A stretch of 43,166 nucleotides of DNA. Source: an uncultured bacterium. GTDB lineage: Bacteria > Planctomycetota > Phycisphaerae > Phycisphaerales > SM1A02. How positions within the stretch are numbered: position 1 is the stretch's first letter; every line of letters begins with the position of its first letter. A model generated the notes under the pieces. It made no database searches. It saw only the letters and a program-made list of their open reading frames with translations, and was not told the DNA's origin. The position numbers and the translations under genes were made by a program. This document shows, piece after piece, positions 1 through 8,755 of this stretch. Location of the stretch: assembly GCA_903927725.1 (NCBI GenBank), contig CAIYOC010000114.1, forward strand, positions 1-43,166, in the 5' to 3' direction.

Positions 1-1035
1 GACCTGAGCAACCGCATGGCCAAGGGCGAGGTCGACGGCTACATGCTCAAGCCGATGAACTGCCCGCACCACATCCGCATCTTCGCGAGTGCGCCGCACA
101 GCTACCGCGATCTGCCGGTGCGCCTGGCGGAGTTCGGCACCGTGTACCGCTGGGAGCAGTCCGGCGAGATCGGGGGCATGACGCGCGTGCGCGGCTTCAC
201 GCAGGACGATGCCCACCTCTTCGTCCGCGAGGACCAGGTCGCGCAGGAAGTGCTCGGCTGCCTCTCGCTCGTGAAGATCATCTTCGCCACGCTGGGCATG
301 AATGAGTACCGCGTGCGCGTGGGCCTGCGCGATCCCGACAGCGCGAAGTACGTCGGCGACCCCGCGAACTGGGACAAGGCCGAGCAGGCCTGCCGCGACG
401 CGGCTCGATCGCTTGGCGTGCCCTTCAGCGAGGAGCCCGGCGAGGCCGCCTTCTACGGCCCGAAGATCGACTTCGTCGTGAAAGACGTCATCGGCCGCTC
501 CTGGCAGCTCGGCACCGTGCAGGTCGATTACAACCTGCCGATCCGCTTCGATCTCTCGTACGCGGGCGCCGACAACCAACCGCACCGTCCGGTCATGATC
601 CACCGTGCGCCCTTCGGCAGCATGGAGCGGTTCATCGGCTGCCTCATCGAGCACTTTGCGGGCGCCTTCCCGCTCTGGCTGAGCCCTGAGCAGGTCCGTG
701 TGCTGCCGATCTCGGAGAAGAGCGCCGCCTACGCCGACGAGCTCTGCGCCGCCCTCAAGGCCCGCGGCATTCGCGCCGAGGCCGACCATTCGAACGAGCG
801 CGTGCAGGCGAAGATCAAGATCGCCGCCGAGGAGAAGGTCCCCTACATGGCCGTCGTGGGCCCCCGCGATGCCGAGAGCCGTGCCGTCAGCGTGCGCGCC
901 CGCGGCGTGGAAGCCAACCTCGGGGAGATGCCGTTCGAGGCCTTCGTCGACGGGATCGCGCGCGAGGCGGAAGGCCGCCTGCTCTCGGGCGCACCCGGAT
1001 CGGTCCAGGCATCGTTCGCCGCTCGGACCGCCTGA
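1..1035 (+). CDS. thrS: threonyl-tRNA synthetase, C-terminal part (5' truncated by window edge)
   Basis: Frame 1 is open from base 1. Translation carries the class II ThrRS catalytic core (MLKPMNCPHHIRIF, RGFTQDDAHLF, FYGPKIDF, HRAPFGSMERFIG) and the anticodon-binding domain (LWLSPEQVRVLPI). Stop at 1033-1035. Confidence 0.95.
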   Translation, partial: DLSNRMAKGEVDGYMLKPMNCPHHIRIFASAPHSYRDLPVRLAEFGTVYRWEQSGEIGGMTRVRGFTQDDAHLFVREDQVAQEVLGCLSLVKIIFATLGMNEYRVRVGLRDPDSAKYVGDPANWDKAEQACRDAARSLGVPFSEEPGEAAFYGPKIDFVVKDVIGRSWQLGTVQVDYNLPIRFDLSYAGADNQPHRPVMIHRAPFGSMERFIGCLIEHFAGAFPLWLSPEQVRVLPISEKSAAYADELCAALKARGIRAEADHSNERVQAKIKIAAEEKVPYMAVVGPRDAESRAVSVRARGVEANLGEMPFEAFVDGIAREAEGRLLSGAPGSVQASFAARTA

Positions 1036-1322
1036 TGAGGAAGGCTCCCGAGTCGGCGACGGCGATCATCCCTCGACCGAACGGCTGGCGTGTTTCTCAC
1101 GCCGCCTCCGCCGAATTCACGGCGTCTGCTTGTGCCGGGCCGGATCTTGGGCTAGTGTCCGCGAGACGCCTCGTGGCGTCGATTCCCCATGCAGCGGACC
1201 ATCGCCGAATGATGACTTCCCCCACTCGCGTCCTCCCATGAGGCCGTCGCGAGCGAGCATGGACATCCTCCACCCACGCAGTGGAAACCTGACATCAGGT
1301 TCACGGTTGCTGTCAGCGCGCC

Positions 1323-2054
1323 GTGGCCATTCCCGTTCGAGCTGACGCCCAGGAGCCTCCCATCAGCCAGTTCCCGCCTCGCCGTCCTCCCTTCCAGCGC
1401 GACTTCGCCCCCGCGGGCCCGCGCATCAATGACCGCATCCGCATCAGCCCGATCCGCCTGATCGACGAGCACGGCACGATGATCGGTGTCGTCGAGACCG
1501 ACGAGGCCAAGCGCATGGCCCAGGAGGCCGGCCTCGACCTCGTCGAGATCGCCGCCGATGTGCGCCCGCCGGTCTGCAAGATCATGGACTTCGGCAAGTT
1601 CAAGTACGAACAGGCGAAGACCGAGAAGAAGAACCGCCAGAATTCCAAGGGTGGCGAACTCAAGGAAGTCCGTCTCGGCCGCAGCATGAAGATCGGCGTG
1701 CATGACGTCGAGCTTCGCGTGCGCCAGGCCCGGGCATTCCTCATCGAAGGCAACAAGGTCCAGATCGTGCAGAGCTTCCGCGGCGCGCGTGAACTTGCGC
1801 ACCGCGAGATCGGCGACCAGCTCATCAAGCAGGTCATCAACGCGCTGCTCGACGTGGCGCGCCTCGACATGTCGCCCCGCATGGCTGGCCGCCGGCAGTC
1901 GGCGATCCTCTCGCCCGACCGCACCAAGATCGACACCTACAAGCGCAAGATGGCCGCTGCCGGCCAGAAGATCGAAGGCTCCAAGGAACTCCCGCCGCAG
2001 GAACCCGAGGCCGACGACGACGGACCGGACGAGGGCAGCGATCACGCCGAGTGA
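1323..2054 (+). CDS. infC: translation initiation factor IF-3, with acidic C-terminal extension
   Basis: Translation contains RINDRIRISPIRLIDEHGTMIGVV, AQEAGLDLVEI, PPVCKIMDFGKFKYE, LKEVRLGRSMKIGVHDVELRVRQARAFL, typical of the IF-3 N and C domains. The only canonical start in the open frame is GTG at 1323, so the start is uncertain (see findings). About 45 extra residues at the C-terminus end in an Asp/Glu-rich tail. Confidence 0.9.
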   Translation: MAIPVRADAQEPPISQFPPRRPPFQRDFAPAGPRINDRIRISPIRLIDEHGTMIGVVETDEAKRMAQEAGLDLVEIAADVRPPVCKIMDFGKFKYEQAKTEKKNRQNSKGGELKEVRLGRSMKIGVHDVELRVRQARAFLIEGNKVQIVQSFRGARELAHREIGDQLIKQVINALLDVARLDMSPRMAGRRQSAILSPDRTKIDTYKRKMAAAGQKIEGSKELPPQEPEADDDGPDEGSDHAE

Positions 2055-2088
2055 TCCACAGGATCGCCCGCGAACGAGCACCGCACGA

Positions 2089-2113
2089 CCGCGCCGACTC
2101 GGCGCGGTTTTTT
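2089..2113 (+). terminator. rho-independent terminator after infC
   Basis: Stem CCGCGCC (2089-2095), loop GACTC, stem GGCGCGG (2101-2107), followed directly by TTTTTT (2108-2113). It lies 35 nt after the infC stop. Confidence 0.65.
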
Positions 2114-2124
2114 CATGCACCCGC

Positions 2125-2152
2125 TTGCATAGTATGCAGAGCGCTGTATATT
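2125..2152 (+). promoter_or_regulatory. candidate sigma70-type promoter of the arg operon (TTGCAT - 16 nt - TATATT)
   Basis: TTGCAT at 2125-2130, 16-nt spacer, TATATT at 2147-2152, sitting in a local AT-rich dip 14 nt upstream of the argR ATG. Read directly from the sequence; there is no transcript evidence. Confidence 0.4.
2127..2139. promoter_or_regulatory. perfect 13-bp palindrome TGCATAGTATGCA, candidate ArgR operator (ARG-box-like)
   Basis: TGCATA-G-TATGCA is a perfect inverted repeat overlapping the -35/spacer of the candidate promoter. The half-sites resemble the TGAAT/ATTCA ARG-box half-sites. Additional TTCATGCA (2112-2119) and ATTCA (2150-2154) half-site-like elements flank it. Confidence 0.4.
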
Positions 2153-2165
2153 CATCCACTTCCCC

Positions 2166-2633
2166 ATGGCCGCCACCAAGGTCCAACGCCATCGCGCCAT
2201 CGCTCGCCTCATCGCCGGCGCCGAGCTGCACAGCCAGCACGAACTCCAGCGCGAGCTCGCTGCACAGGGCATTCGAACCACGCAAGCCACGCTCTCGCGT
2301 GATCTTGCGGAACTCGGGGTGCTCAAGGGCGCCGGTGGCTACCGGCTGCAGGATGGCACACCCGAGCCCTCGGGCGATGCGCTCGATGCCCTCGCGCGGC
2401 GGCTCCTGGCCGGCGTCGAACAGGCCGGGAACCTCGTGGTGCTCCACACCCCGCCGGGCCAGGCCAGCGCGCTGGCGCTCCAGCTCGACCGATCGAGCAT
2501 GCGCGGCGTCGTCGGCACCATCGCCGGCGATGACTGCGTCTTCGTGGCCACGCGCACCGCATCGAACGCCAAGGAACTCGTGCGTCGGCTGACCGTCGCC
2601 GCCTCGCCCGCCCGCCGCAAGGCCACCGCCTGA
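2166..2633 (+). CDS. argR: arginine repressor ArgR
   Basis: N-terminal winged-helix region (RHRAIARLIAGAELHSQHELQRELAAQGIRTTQATLSRDLAELG) and C-terminal arginine-binding/oligomerisation region with the GTIAGDDCVFV motif. First gene of the arg cluster. Confidence 0.9.
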   Translation: MAATKVQRHRAIARLIAGAELHSQHELQRELAAQGIRTTQATLSRDLAELGVLKGAGGYRLQDGTPEPSGDALDALARRLLAGVEQAGNLVVLHTPPGQASALALQLDRSSMRGVVGTIAGDDCVFVATRTASNAKELVRRLTVAASPARRKATA

Positions 2634-2660
2634 GCGGCCGGCCGCGCCTTCCCCGCCACC

Positions 2661-3725
2661 ATGACCACGCCCACCCTTCCCGTTGCCGTTGTCGGTGCCG
2701 CTGGCTACAGCGGAGCCGAGCTCGTCACCATGCTCGCCGCGCACCCCGAGGTGTCGATCGTCGGCGTCTACGGCTCGGGCTCGCGCGCCGGTGACGAGGC
2801 CCTGTCGAGCGTGCATCCGCGCCTGCGCGGCGTGGCCGACCTGCCCATCGAGGCGGCCGATCCGTCCGCCATCATCGCGTCGGGCGCCAAGGCGGTCTTC
2901 CTCTGCACACCGCACGAAGCAAGCGAGGCCCTGGCCCCGGCGCTGCTCGATGCTGGCCTCGTCGTGCTGGATCTCTCGGCATCCTTCCGCTTGCGCGATC
3001 CCGCGCTCTACCCTGCGCACTACGGCTTCGAGCATCGCCACCCCGACGTGCTGGCGACTGCGGTCTATGGCCTCGCCGAGCTCAGGCAGGGTGATCTGAC
3101 CGGCGCGCAGCTCATCGCCGTGCCCGGCTGCTATCCGACCAGCGTCATCCTCCCGGTGCGACCGCTGGTCGATGCCGGCCTCGTCCTGCCCGGTCGCGTG
3201 ATCGTCGACAGCACCAGCGGAGTCAGTGGTGCAGGCCGAACCGCCGCCGTCAAGAGCCTGTTCTGCGAGGTCTCGATGCAACCCTACGGCGTGCTCTCGC
3301 ACCGCCACCAGCCCGAGATGGCGCAGGAAACCGGCGCCGACGTGCTGTTCACGCCGCACCTGGGCTGCTGGGACCGCGGCATCCTCTCCACGATCCATGC
3401 GGACCTTGCGCCGGGCGCCACCGTCAACGCATGCCGACAGGCGCTCGCCGACCGCTTCGGGGCCAGCGCATTCGTCCGCGTGCTGCCCGCAGGTTCATGG
3501 CCCAGCGTGGCGGGCGTCGAGCGGACGAACTTCTGCGACATCGGGCTTGGTGGTTGCGATCGCCGCGGCCACCTGGTCATCGCGAGCGCCATCGACAACC
3601 TGGTCAAGGGCGCGGCTGGGCAGGCGCTGCAGTGCATGAACATCCGCTTCGGCTTCCCCGAATCGATGGGCCTGGGCCTGAGCCGGCACGCCTCGTCGCG
3701 CAATGCCTGCGGAGCGATGGCATGA
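2661..3725 (+). CDS. argC: N-acetyl-gamma-glutamyl-phosphate reductase
   Basis: VAVVGAAGYSGAELV NAD(P)-binding N-terminus and the active-site PGCYPTS motif. Length 354 aa. The stop overlaps the argB start (ATGA). Confidence 0.95.
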   Translation: MTTPTLPVAVVGAAGYSGAELVTMLAAHPEVSIVGVYGSGSRAGDEALSSVHPRLRGVADLPIEAADPSAIIASGAKAVFLCTPHEASEALAPALLDAGLVVLDLSASFRLRDPALYPAHYGFEHRHPDVLATAVYGLAELRQGDLTGAQLIAVPGCYPTSVILPVRPLVDAGLVLPGRVIVDSTSGVSGAGRTAAVKSLFCEVSMQPYGVLSHRHQPEMAQETGADVLFTPHLGCWDRGILSTIHADLAPGATVNACRQALADRFGASAFVRVLPAGSWPSVAGVERTNFCDIGLGGCDRRGHLVIASAIDNLVKGAAGQALQCMNIRFGFPESMGLGLSRHASSRNACGAMA

Positions 3726-4531
3726 TCGCGCCCTTCGTGATCAAGCTCGGCGGCGCGCTGATGGACCACGCGACCGCCCTCGAGGCCATCTGCCGGCAGA
3801 TCGCTGCCATGCATGCCGCGCAGCCGGGCTGCGTGGTCGTCGTGCACGGCGGCGGCAAGGCCGTCGACCGTCAGCTCGCGGCGCTCGGCATGCCGACCGA
3901 ACGGCGCGATGGGATCCGCATCACCCCCCCAGAGCAAGTGCTCCAGATCAGTGGCGTGCTGAGCGGCCAGGTCAACGCCCAGCTCGTCGCCTGCATGATC
4001 GCCGCAGGTGTGCGCGCGTGCGGACTTCGGCTCACCGATGCCGGGCTCGCCACGTGCGCTCGGGCCACGCACTTTGGCTTCGATCCGGGCTGCGTGGGCT
4101 CGGTCCACGGCGGCGACCCACGCGGGATCCGCGCGCTGCTCGGCGCGGGTGTGCTGCCTGTCGTCAGCAGCATCGGCACCAGCGCCTCGGGTGAACTGCT
4201 GAACGTCAATGCCGACGACGCGGCTGCAGCAGTCGCCTCGATCGTTCGCGCGCAAGGCCTCGTCTTCCTCACCGATGTCCCGGGCGTGCTGGACGCGAAC
4301 CGGTCCCTCGTCCCCTCGCTCGATGCTGCATCGATCGATCACCTCATCACCGACGGCACGATCACCGGCGGCATGATTCCCAAGGTCCGCGGTGCCCTCG
4401 AGACCGCCGCAGCCACTGGCGTGGCCGTCACGATCGCCGGCTGGGCGGATCCCGCCGCCCTCTCGAACCTGCTCACCGGTGGCGTCGCCGGAACCCGCAT
4501 CGCCGCACCCTCCACGGTTCCCTGCCCATGA
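3722..4531 (+). CDS. argB: acetylglutamate kinase
   Basis: MIAPFVIKLGGALM..VVVHGGGKAVD..GIRITPPE..LNVNADDAAAA are amino-acid-kinase/NAGK motifs. ATG at 3722 overlaps the argC stop. The longer ORF from 3431 is an out-of-context extension lying inside argC. Confidence 0.92.
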   Translation: MIAPFVIKLGGALMDHATALEAICRQIAAMHAAQPGCVVVVHGGGKAVDRQLAALGMPTERRDGIRITPPEQVLQISGVLSGQVNAQLVACMIAAGVRACGLRLTDAGLATCARATHFGFDPGCVGSVHGGDPRGIRALLGAGVLPVVSSIGTSASGELLNVNADDAAAAVASIVRAQGLVFLTDVPGVLDANRSLVPSLDAASIDHLITDGTITGGMIPKVRGALETAAATGVAVTIAGWADPAALSNLLTGGVAGTRIAAPSTVPCP

Positions 4532-5553
4532 CAGCCCTCGCCAGCACCACCCCGCCATCACGCACCGTCCTTGCCTCTGCGCATCGCCCGGTCGCCACGC
4601 GCCACCTCACGTGCGTGCATGATCTCGCACAGCACGAAGTCCACGGCCTGCTCGCCCTCGCCGCGCGCATCAAGCGCGATCCGTCGGCCTGGTCCACAGC
4701 CTTCCGCGGCATGGCGCTCGCCCTCGCGTTCGAGAAGCCCTCGCTGCGCACGCGCGCCTCATTTGAAGTCGGCTTCCAGCTCATGGGCGGCAGCGTGGTC
4801 TTCATGGACCAGCGCGATTCACCGATCGGCCAGCGCGAAGCGTTGAGCGACTGGGCCCGCAGCATGGAGCGCTGGTTCGATGCACTCGTGGTGCGCACTA
4901 TGTCCCATGGCACGGTCGAGGCCCTCACCGCCTGGTCCTCGATCCCGGTCGTCAACGCCCTCAGCGATCTCCACCATCCTTGCCAGGCCATGGCCGACCT
5001 GCTCACGCTTGCCGAACGATTCGGCTCGCCATCCACACCGCACGTGGCCTGGGTCGGCGATGGCAACAACGTCTGCCACTCGCTCATGGAAGCCATCGCT
5101 TCGGTCGGGGGCAGGCTCACGGTCATCACGCCGTCCGGATTCGCCCCGTCCGCCGACATCGTGCGCGCGGTCCAGGCCCGTTGCATGCGCACGGGCGCAT
5201 CGATCCGGTTCACGCACGACCTTGAGGCCGTTGCAGGCGTGAATGCGGTCTACACGGACACTTGGATCAGCATGGGCGAAGCCGATGCCGAACCCAAGCG
5301 TGCCGCGCTGCGCCCGTACCAGGTGAACGCCGGGCTGATGGCCAAGGCGGCACCGGGTGCGGCGTTCATGCACTGCCTGCCTGCCCATCGCGGCGAAGAA
5401 GCCACCGACGACGTGATCGATGCTCCGACATCGGTGGTCTTCGACCAAGCCGAGAATCGCATGCACGTGCAGTGCGCGATCCTCCTTGCACTCCTGCGTC
5501 CTGACCTTGTCGAATTGCCGACCACCTTCGTGCCCGGCGACTTCGTTGCCTGA
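4528..5553 (+). CDS. argF: ornithine carbamoyltransferase
   Basis: Carbamoyl-phosphate site SLRTRASFE, the HPCQAMADL motif, the ornithine-binding DTWISMGE loop and HCLPAHRGEE. The start overlaps the argB stop (ATGA). Confidence 0.9.
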   Translation: MTALASTTPPSRTVLASAHRPVATRHLTCVHDLAQHEVHGLLALAARIKRDPSAWSTAFRGMALALAFEKPSLRTRASFEVGFQLMGGSVVFMDQRDSPIGQREALSDWARSMERWFDALVVRTMSHGTVEALTAWSSIPVVNALSDLHHPCQAMADLLTLAERFGSPSTPHVAWVGDGNNVCHSLMEAIASVGGRLTVITPSGFAPSADIVRAVQARCMRTGASIRFTHDLEAVAGVNAVYTDTWISMGEADAEPKRAALRPYQVNAGLMAKAAPGAAFMHCLPAHRGEEATDDVIDAPTSVVFDQAENRMHVQCAILLALLRPDLVELPTTFVPGDFVA

Positions 5554-5610
5554 ACCGTTCCCCAACCGACCGATACCACCGACCCGTACCTTCCAACGAA
5601 AGCACCATCC

Positions 5611-6846
5611 ATGCCCACCTCACCCACCAAGATCGCCGTCGCCTACTCCGGTGGCCTCGACACCAGCTGCATCATCCCCTGGCTCCGCGAGCACTACGAC
5701 GCCGACGTCGTGGCGGTCGTGGCCGACGTGGGGCAGGGTGACCGCGAACTCGACGGCATCGAGCAGAAGGCACGCTCGACGGGTGCGTGCGAGTGCGTGG
5801 TCATGGACCTCAAGCAGGAGTTCCTCGAGGAGTTCGCCTTCCCCATGGCGATCATGGGCTCGGTCTACGAAGGCCGTTACCTCATGGGCACCAGCATCGC
5901 CCGTCCGTGCATCGCGCGCGCGCAGGTCACCGCCGCGCTGCAGACCGGCTGCGACGCGCTCGCCCACGGCTGCACCGGCAAGGGCAATGACCAGGTCCGC
6001 TTCGAAAGCACCTATGCGGCACTCGCCCCGCAGCTCGCCGTGATCGCCCCATGGCGCCTGCCGACGTGGAACCTCCGGTCGCGCGAAGCCATGCTCGACT
6101 ACCTCGCCGTGCGCAACATTCCCTGTGCTGCGAGCAAGGAGAAGCTCTACTCGCGCGATGCGAACCTCTGGCACATCTCGCATGAAGGCGGCGACCTGGA
6201 GGATCCGTGGAAGGCACCGCCGGAAGACGTGTGGATGCTCACCACGAGCCCCGCACAGGCTCCCGACCAGCACCAGGACGTGACGATCTCGTTCAAGGGC
6301 GGCTTCCCCATCGCGGTGGATGGCCGGTCGATGGACAGCGTCAGCATCATGAACACCCTCAACGCGATTGCGGGTCGCCACGGCGTCGGCCGCATCGATC
6401 TCGTCGAGAACCGACTCGTCGGCATGAAGAGCCGCGGCGCCTACGAGACCCCGGGCGGTACGATCCTCATGGAAGCACTGCGTGGCCTCGAGCAGCTCGT
6501 GCTCGACCGCGACACGTTGCACTGGAAGCAGCGCCTGGCGCTGGAGTTCGGCGATCACGTCTACAACGGCACCTGGTTCACGCCTGTGCGCGAAGCCATG
6601 TGGGCGGCCGCACAGTCCGTGGCGCAGGTCATGGATGGCGATGTCGTCGTGCGCTGCTACAAGGGGACCGCCGCGGCCGTCCGCCGTCGCAGTCCCAACA
6701 GCCTCTTCAGCCAGAACTTCGCGACCTTCGGCCAGGATGAGGTCTACGACCACAAGGATGCAGACGGATTCATCCGTCTCTTCAGCCTGCCCTCGCGCAT
6801 CCGCGCCCTGAAGCAGAACGCCGCCACGCAGGACCTGGCCCGATGA
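5611..6846 (+). CDS. argG: argininosuccinate synthase
   Basis: N-terminal AYSGGLDTS ATP-pyrophosphatase motif. Length 411 aa. Conserved GCTGKGNDQVRFE and SRDANLWHISHEGG segments. Confidence 0.96.
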   Translation: MPTSPTKIAVAYSGGLDTSCIIPWLREHYDADVVAVVADVGQGDRELDGIEQKARSTGACECVVMDLKQEFLEEFAFPMAIMGSVYEGRYLMGTSIARPCIARAQVTAALQTGCDALAHGCTGKGNDQVRFESTYAALAPQLAVIAPWRLPTWNLRSREAMLDYLAVRNIPCAASKEKLYSRDANLWHISHEGGDLEDPWKAPPEDVWMLTTSPAQAPDQHQDVTISFKGGFPIAVDGRSMDSVSIMNTLNAIAGRHGVGRIDLVENRLVGMKSRGAYETPGGTILMEALRGLEQLVLDRDTLHWKQRLALEFGDHVYNGTWFTPVREAMWAAAQSVAQVMDGDVVVRCYKGTAAAVRRRSPNSLFSQNFATFGQDEVYDHKDADGFIRLFSLPSRIRALKQNAATQDLAR

Positions 6847-8735
6847 CGGCGCTCTGGGCCGGCCGTGCCAGCGGCGAGGTGGATCCGCTCTTCAAGCGCT
6901 TCAACGACAGCCTGCCCTTCGACCGCAGGCTGGTGCGCCAGGACATCGAAGGCAGCATCGCGTGGGCGCGCGCACTCAAGCACGCGGGCGTGCTGGATGC
7001 CAACGAGCTCACGCGCGTGACCGAGGGCCTCGAGGCGGTTCTCGACCTCGTGGAATCCGATCCATCGTCGATCGAGTCCGCACAGGACGAGGACGTCCAC
7101 TCCTTCGTCGAGCGCGAGCTCGTCGCACGCATCGGCGACCTGGGCAAGAAGCTCCACACCGGGCGCAGCCGCAACGACCAGGTCGCAACCGACCTTCGCC
7201 TGTGGACGCTCGCCGAGATCGAGCAGCGCCGCATCGAGATCGACGGCGCAATCGATGCGCTGCTGCGGCTGGCCGAGCGCGAGAAGGAGACGGTCTTCCC
7301 GGGCTACACCCACCTGCAGCGCGCGCAACCCCTGCTGTTCGCCCACTGGTGCCTGGCCTATGTCGAGAAGCTCTCGCGCGACGGCGATCGCCTGGCCGAT
7401 GCCGCGCGCCGCACGGCGGTCTGCCCGCTCGGATCAGGCGCCCTCGCAGGCACCACGTACCCGATCGACCGCGTGCGGCTGGCTGAGAGCCTTGGCTTCA
7501 ACGCCGCCAGCGCCAACAGCCTCGATGCGGTGAGCGACCGCGACTTCGTCGTCGAGACGATCGCCGCCTGCACGCTCTGCGCCGTGCATCTCTCGCGCTT
7601 CGCCGAGGACGTGATCTTCTATGCCAGCGCCGAGGCCGGCTTCGTCGAGCTCAGCGATGCCGTCACCAGCGGCAGCAGCCTGATGCCCCAGAAGAAGAAC
7701 CCCGATGCGCTCGAACTGATCCGTGGCAAGACTGGCCGCCAGATCGGCAACCTGGTCACGATCCTCACGGTCCTCAAGGGGCTGCCGCTGGCCTACAACA
7801 AGGATCAGCAGGAGGACAAGGAGCCGCTCTTCGACTGCATGGAGCACCTCTCCATGTGCCTGCGCATGGCGGCGATCGTGCTCGATGGCATGACCATCAA
7901 CCGCGAGCGCTGCCGCGCTGCCGCGCTCGGTGGCTATTCCAACGCCACCGAACTCGCCGACTACCTCGTCGCCAAGGGCCTGCCTTTCCGCGATGCGCAC
8001 CATGTCGCCGGCCGTCTCGTGCGCGAGGCGATCATCGAGCAGAAGCCGCTCGAGGGCCTGAGCGTCGAACAGATGTCGAGCGTGGACTCGCGCATCGGCT
8101 CCGACGTCTACACCGCCCTCACCGTCGACAGCGCACTGCGCAAGCGCGATGTGCCAGGCGGCACGGCGCCCGGCCGCGTTGCCGAGCTGCTCGGCGCCCG
8201 CAAGGCGCGCCTGGGCCATCGCCGCGTGCGCACGCCCATGGGCGGCGTCACGATCCGCAAGGCGCGCATGGCCGACCTCGATGGCATCGTGTCGCTCGTC
8301 GAGCACTGGGCTCGTGAAGGCGAGAACCTCCCGCGCTCGCGCGACGAGATCATGGAGTGCGTGCAGGAGTTCGCCGTCGCGCAGCTGGCCGACGGTTCGA
8401 CCGACAAGGTGGTCGGGTGCGGCTCGCTCTGGGTCTACACGCCGCAGCTGGCCGAGATCCGAAGCCTGGGCATCGATCCATCCATGCTGGGCCATGGCAT
8501 CGGCCAGAAGCTCGTGCAGTACTTCCTGGACTGGGCAGCCAAGCTCGGCCTGCAAAAGGTGTTCGTGCTCACCCGCACGCCACGGTTCTTCGAGCGCTGC
8601 GGCTTCCGGCAGGTGAGCGTGAACAGCCTTCCCGAGAAGGTGCTCAAGGACTGCGCCAACTGCCCCAAGAAGGAACAGTGCGACGAGATCGCGATGGTGT
8701 TCGAGCTCGCCGCTCCCCCCACCGCCAACACCTGA
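6843..8735 (+). CDS. argH: argininosuccinate lyase fused to a C-terminal GNAT (short N-acetylglutamate-synthase-like) domain
   Basis: The first ~465 aa are a fumarate-lyase-family ArgH (GRSRNDQVATDLRLW, GYTHLQRAQP, GSSLMPQKKNPD). The last ~160 aa (from about nt 8247) are a GNAT fold (LAEIRSLGIDPSMLGHGIGQKLV) ending in the KDCANCPKKEQCDEIAM cysteine motif typical of short ArgA-like acetyltransferases. The start overlaps the argG stop (ATGA). Confidence 0.9.
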   Translation: MTALWAGRASGEVDPLFKRFNDSLPFDRRLVRQDIEGSIAWARALKHAGVLDANELTRVTEGLEAVLDLVESDPSSIESAQDEDVHSFVERELVARIGDLGKKLHTGRSRNDQVATDLRLWTLAEIEQRRIEIDGAIDALLRLAEREKETVFPGYTHLQRAQPLLFAHWCLAYVEKLSRDGDRLADAARRTAVCPLGSGALAGTTYPIDRVRLAESLGFNAASANSLDAVSDRDFVVETIAACTLCAVHLSRFAEDVIFYASAEAGFVELSDAVTSGSSLMPQKKNPDALELIRGKTGRQIGNLVTILTVLKGLPLAYNKDQQEDKEPLFDCMEHLSMCLRMAAIVLDGMTINRERCRAAALGGYSNATELADYLVAKGLPFRDAHHVAGRLVREAIIEQKPLEGLSVEQMSSVDSRIGSDVYTALTVDSALRKRDVPGGTAPGRVAELLGARKARLGHRRVRTPMGGVTIRKARMADLDGIVSLVEHWAREGENLPRSRDEIMECVQEFAVAQLADGSTDKVVGCGSLWVYTPQLAEIRSLGIDPSMLGHGIGQKLVQYFLDWAAKLGLQKVFVLTRTPRFFERCGFRQVSVNSLPEKVLKDCANCPKKEQCDEIAMVFELAAPPTANT

Positions 8736-8755
8736 AGCCTTCGGAGTTCCCTGCC

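Noticed and set aside
1036-1322. Possible tRNA, riboswitch or T-box in the 287-nt thrS-infC spacer
   Set aside because: Only short 6-bp hairpins were seen (GGCGTG/CACGCC at 1087-1103, GACGCC/GGCGTC at 1164-1179, CTGACA/TGTCAG at 1289-1316). There is no cloverleaf, no T-loop GTTCRA motif and no recognisable riboswitch core. By eye it cannot be called more than a structured leader.
1152-3398. 748-aa ORF on the minus strand spanning infC, argR and argC
   Set aside because: It is antisense to three genes with unmistakable homology. Its translation is Arg/Gly/Ala/Asp-rich low-complexity with no motif. Long antisense ORFs are expected in high-GC DNA because stop codons are rare.
3431-3721. Upstream extensions of real genes in the ORF track: argB from 3431, argJ from 8357, the transglutaminase-like gene from 35217, purB from 37849, rpsJ from 26967, rplD from 25372, rpmC from 21744
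   Set aside because: Each extension overlaps the preceding well-supported gene in another frame. Internal ATG/GTG codons at operon-consistent positions, often ATGA overlaps or SD-preceded, give products of normal length.
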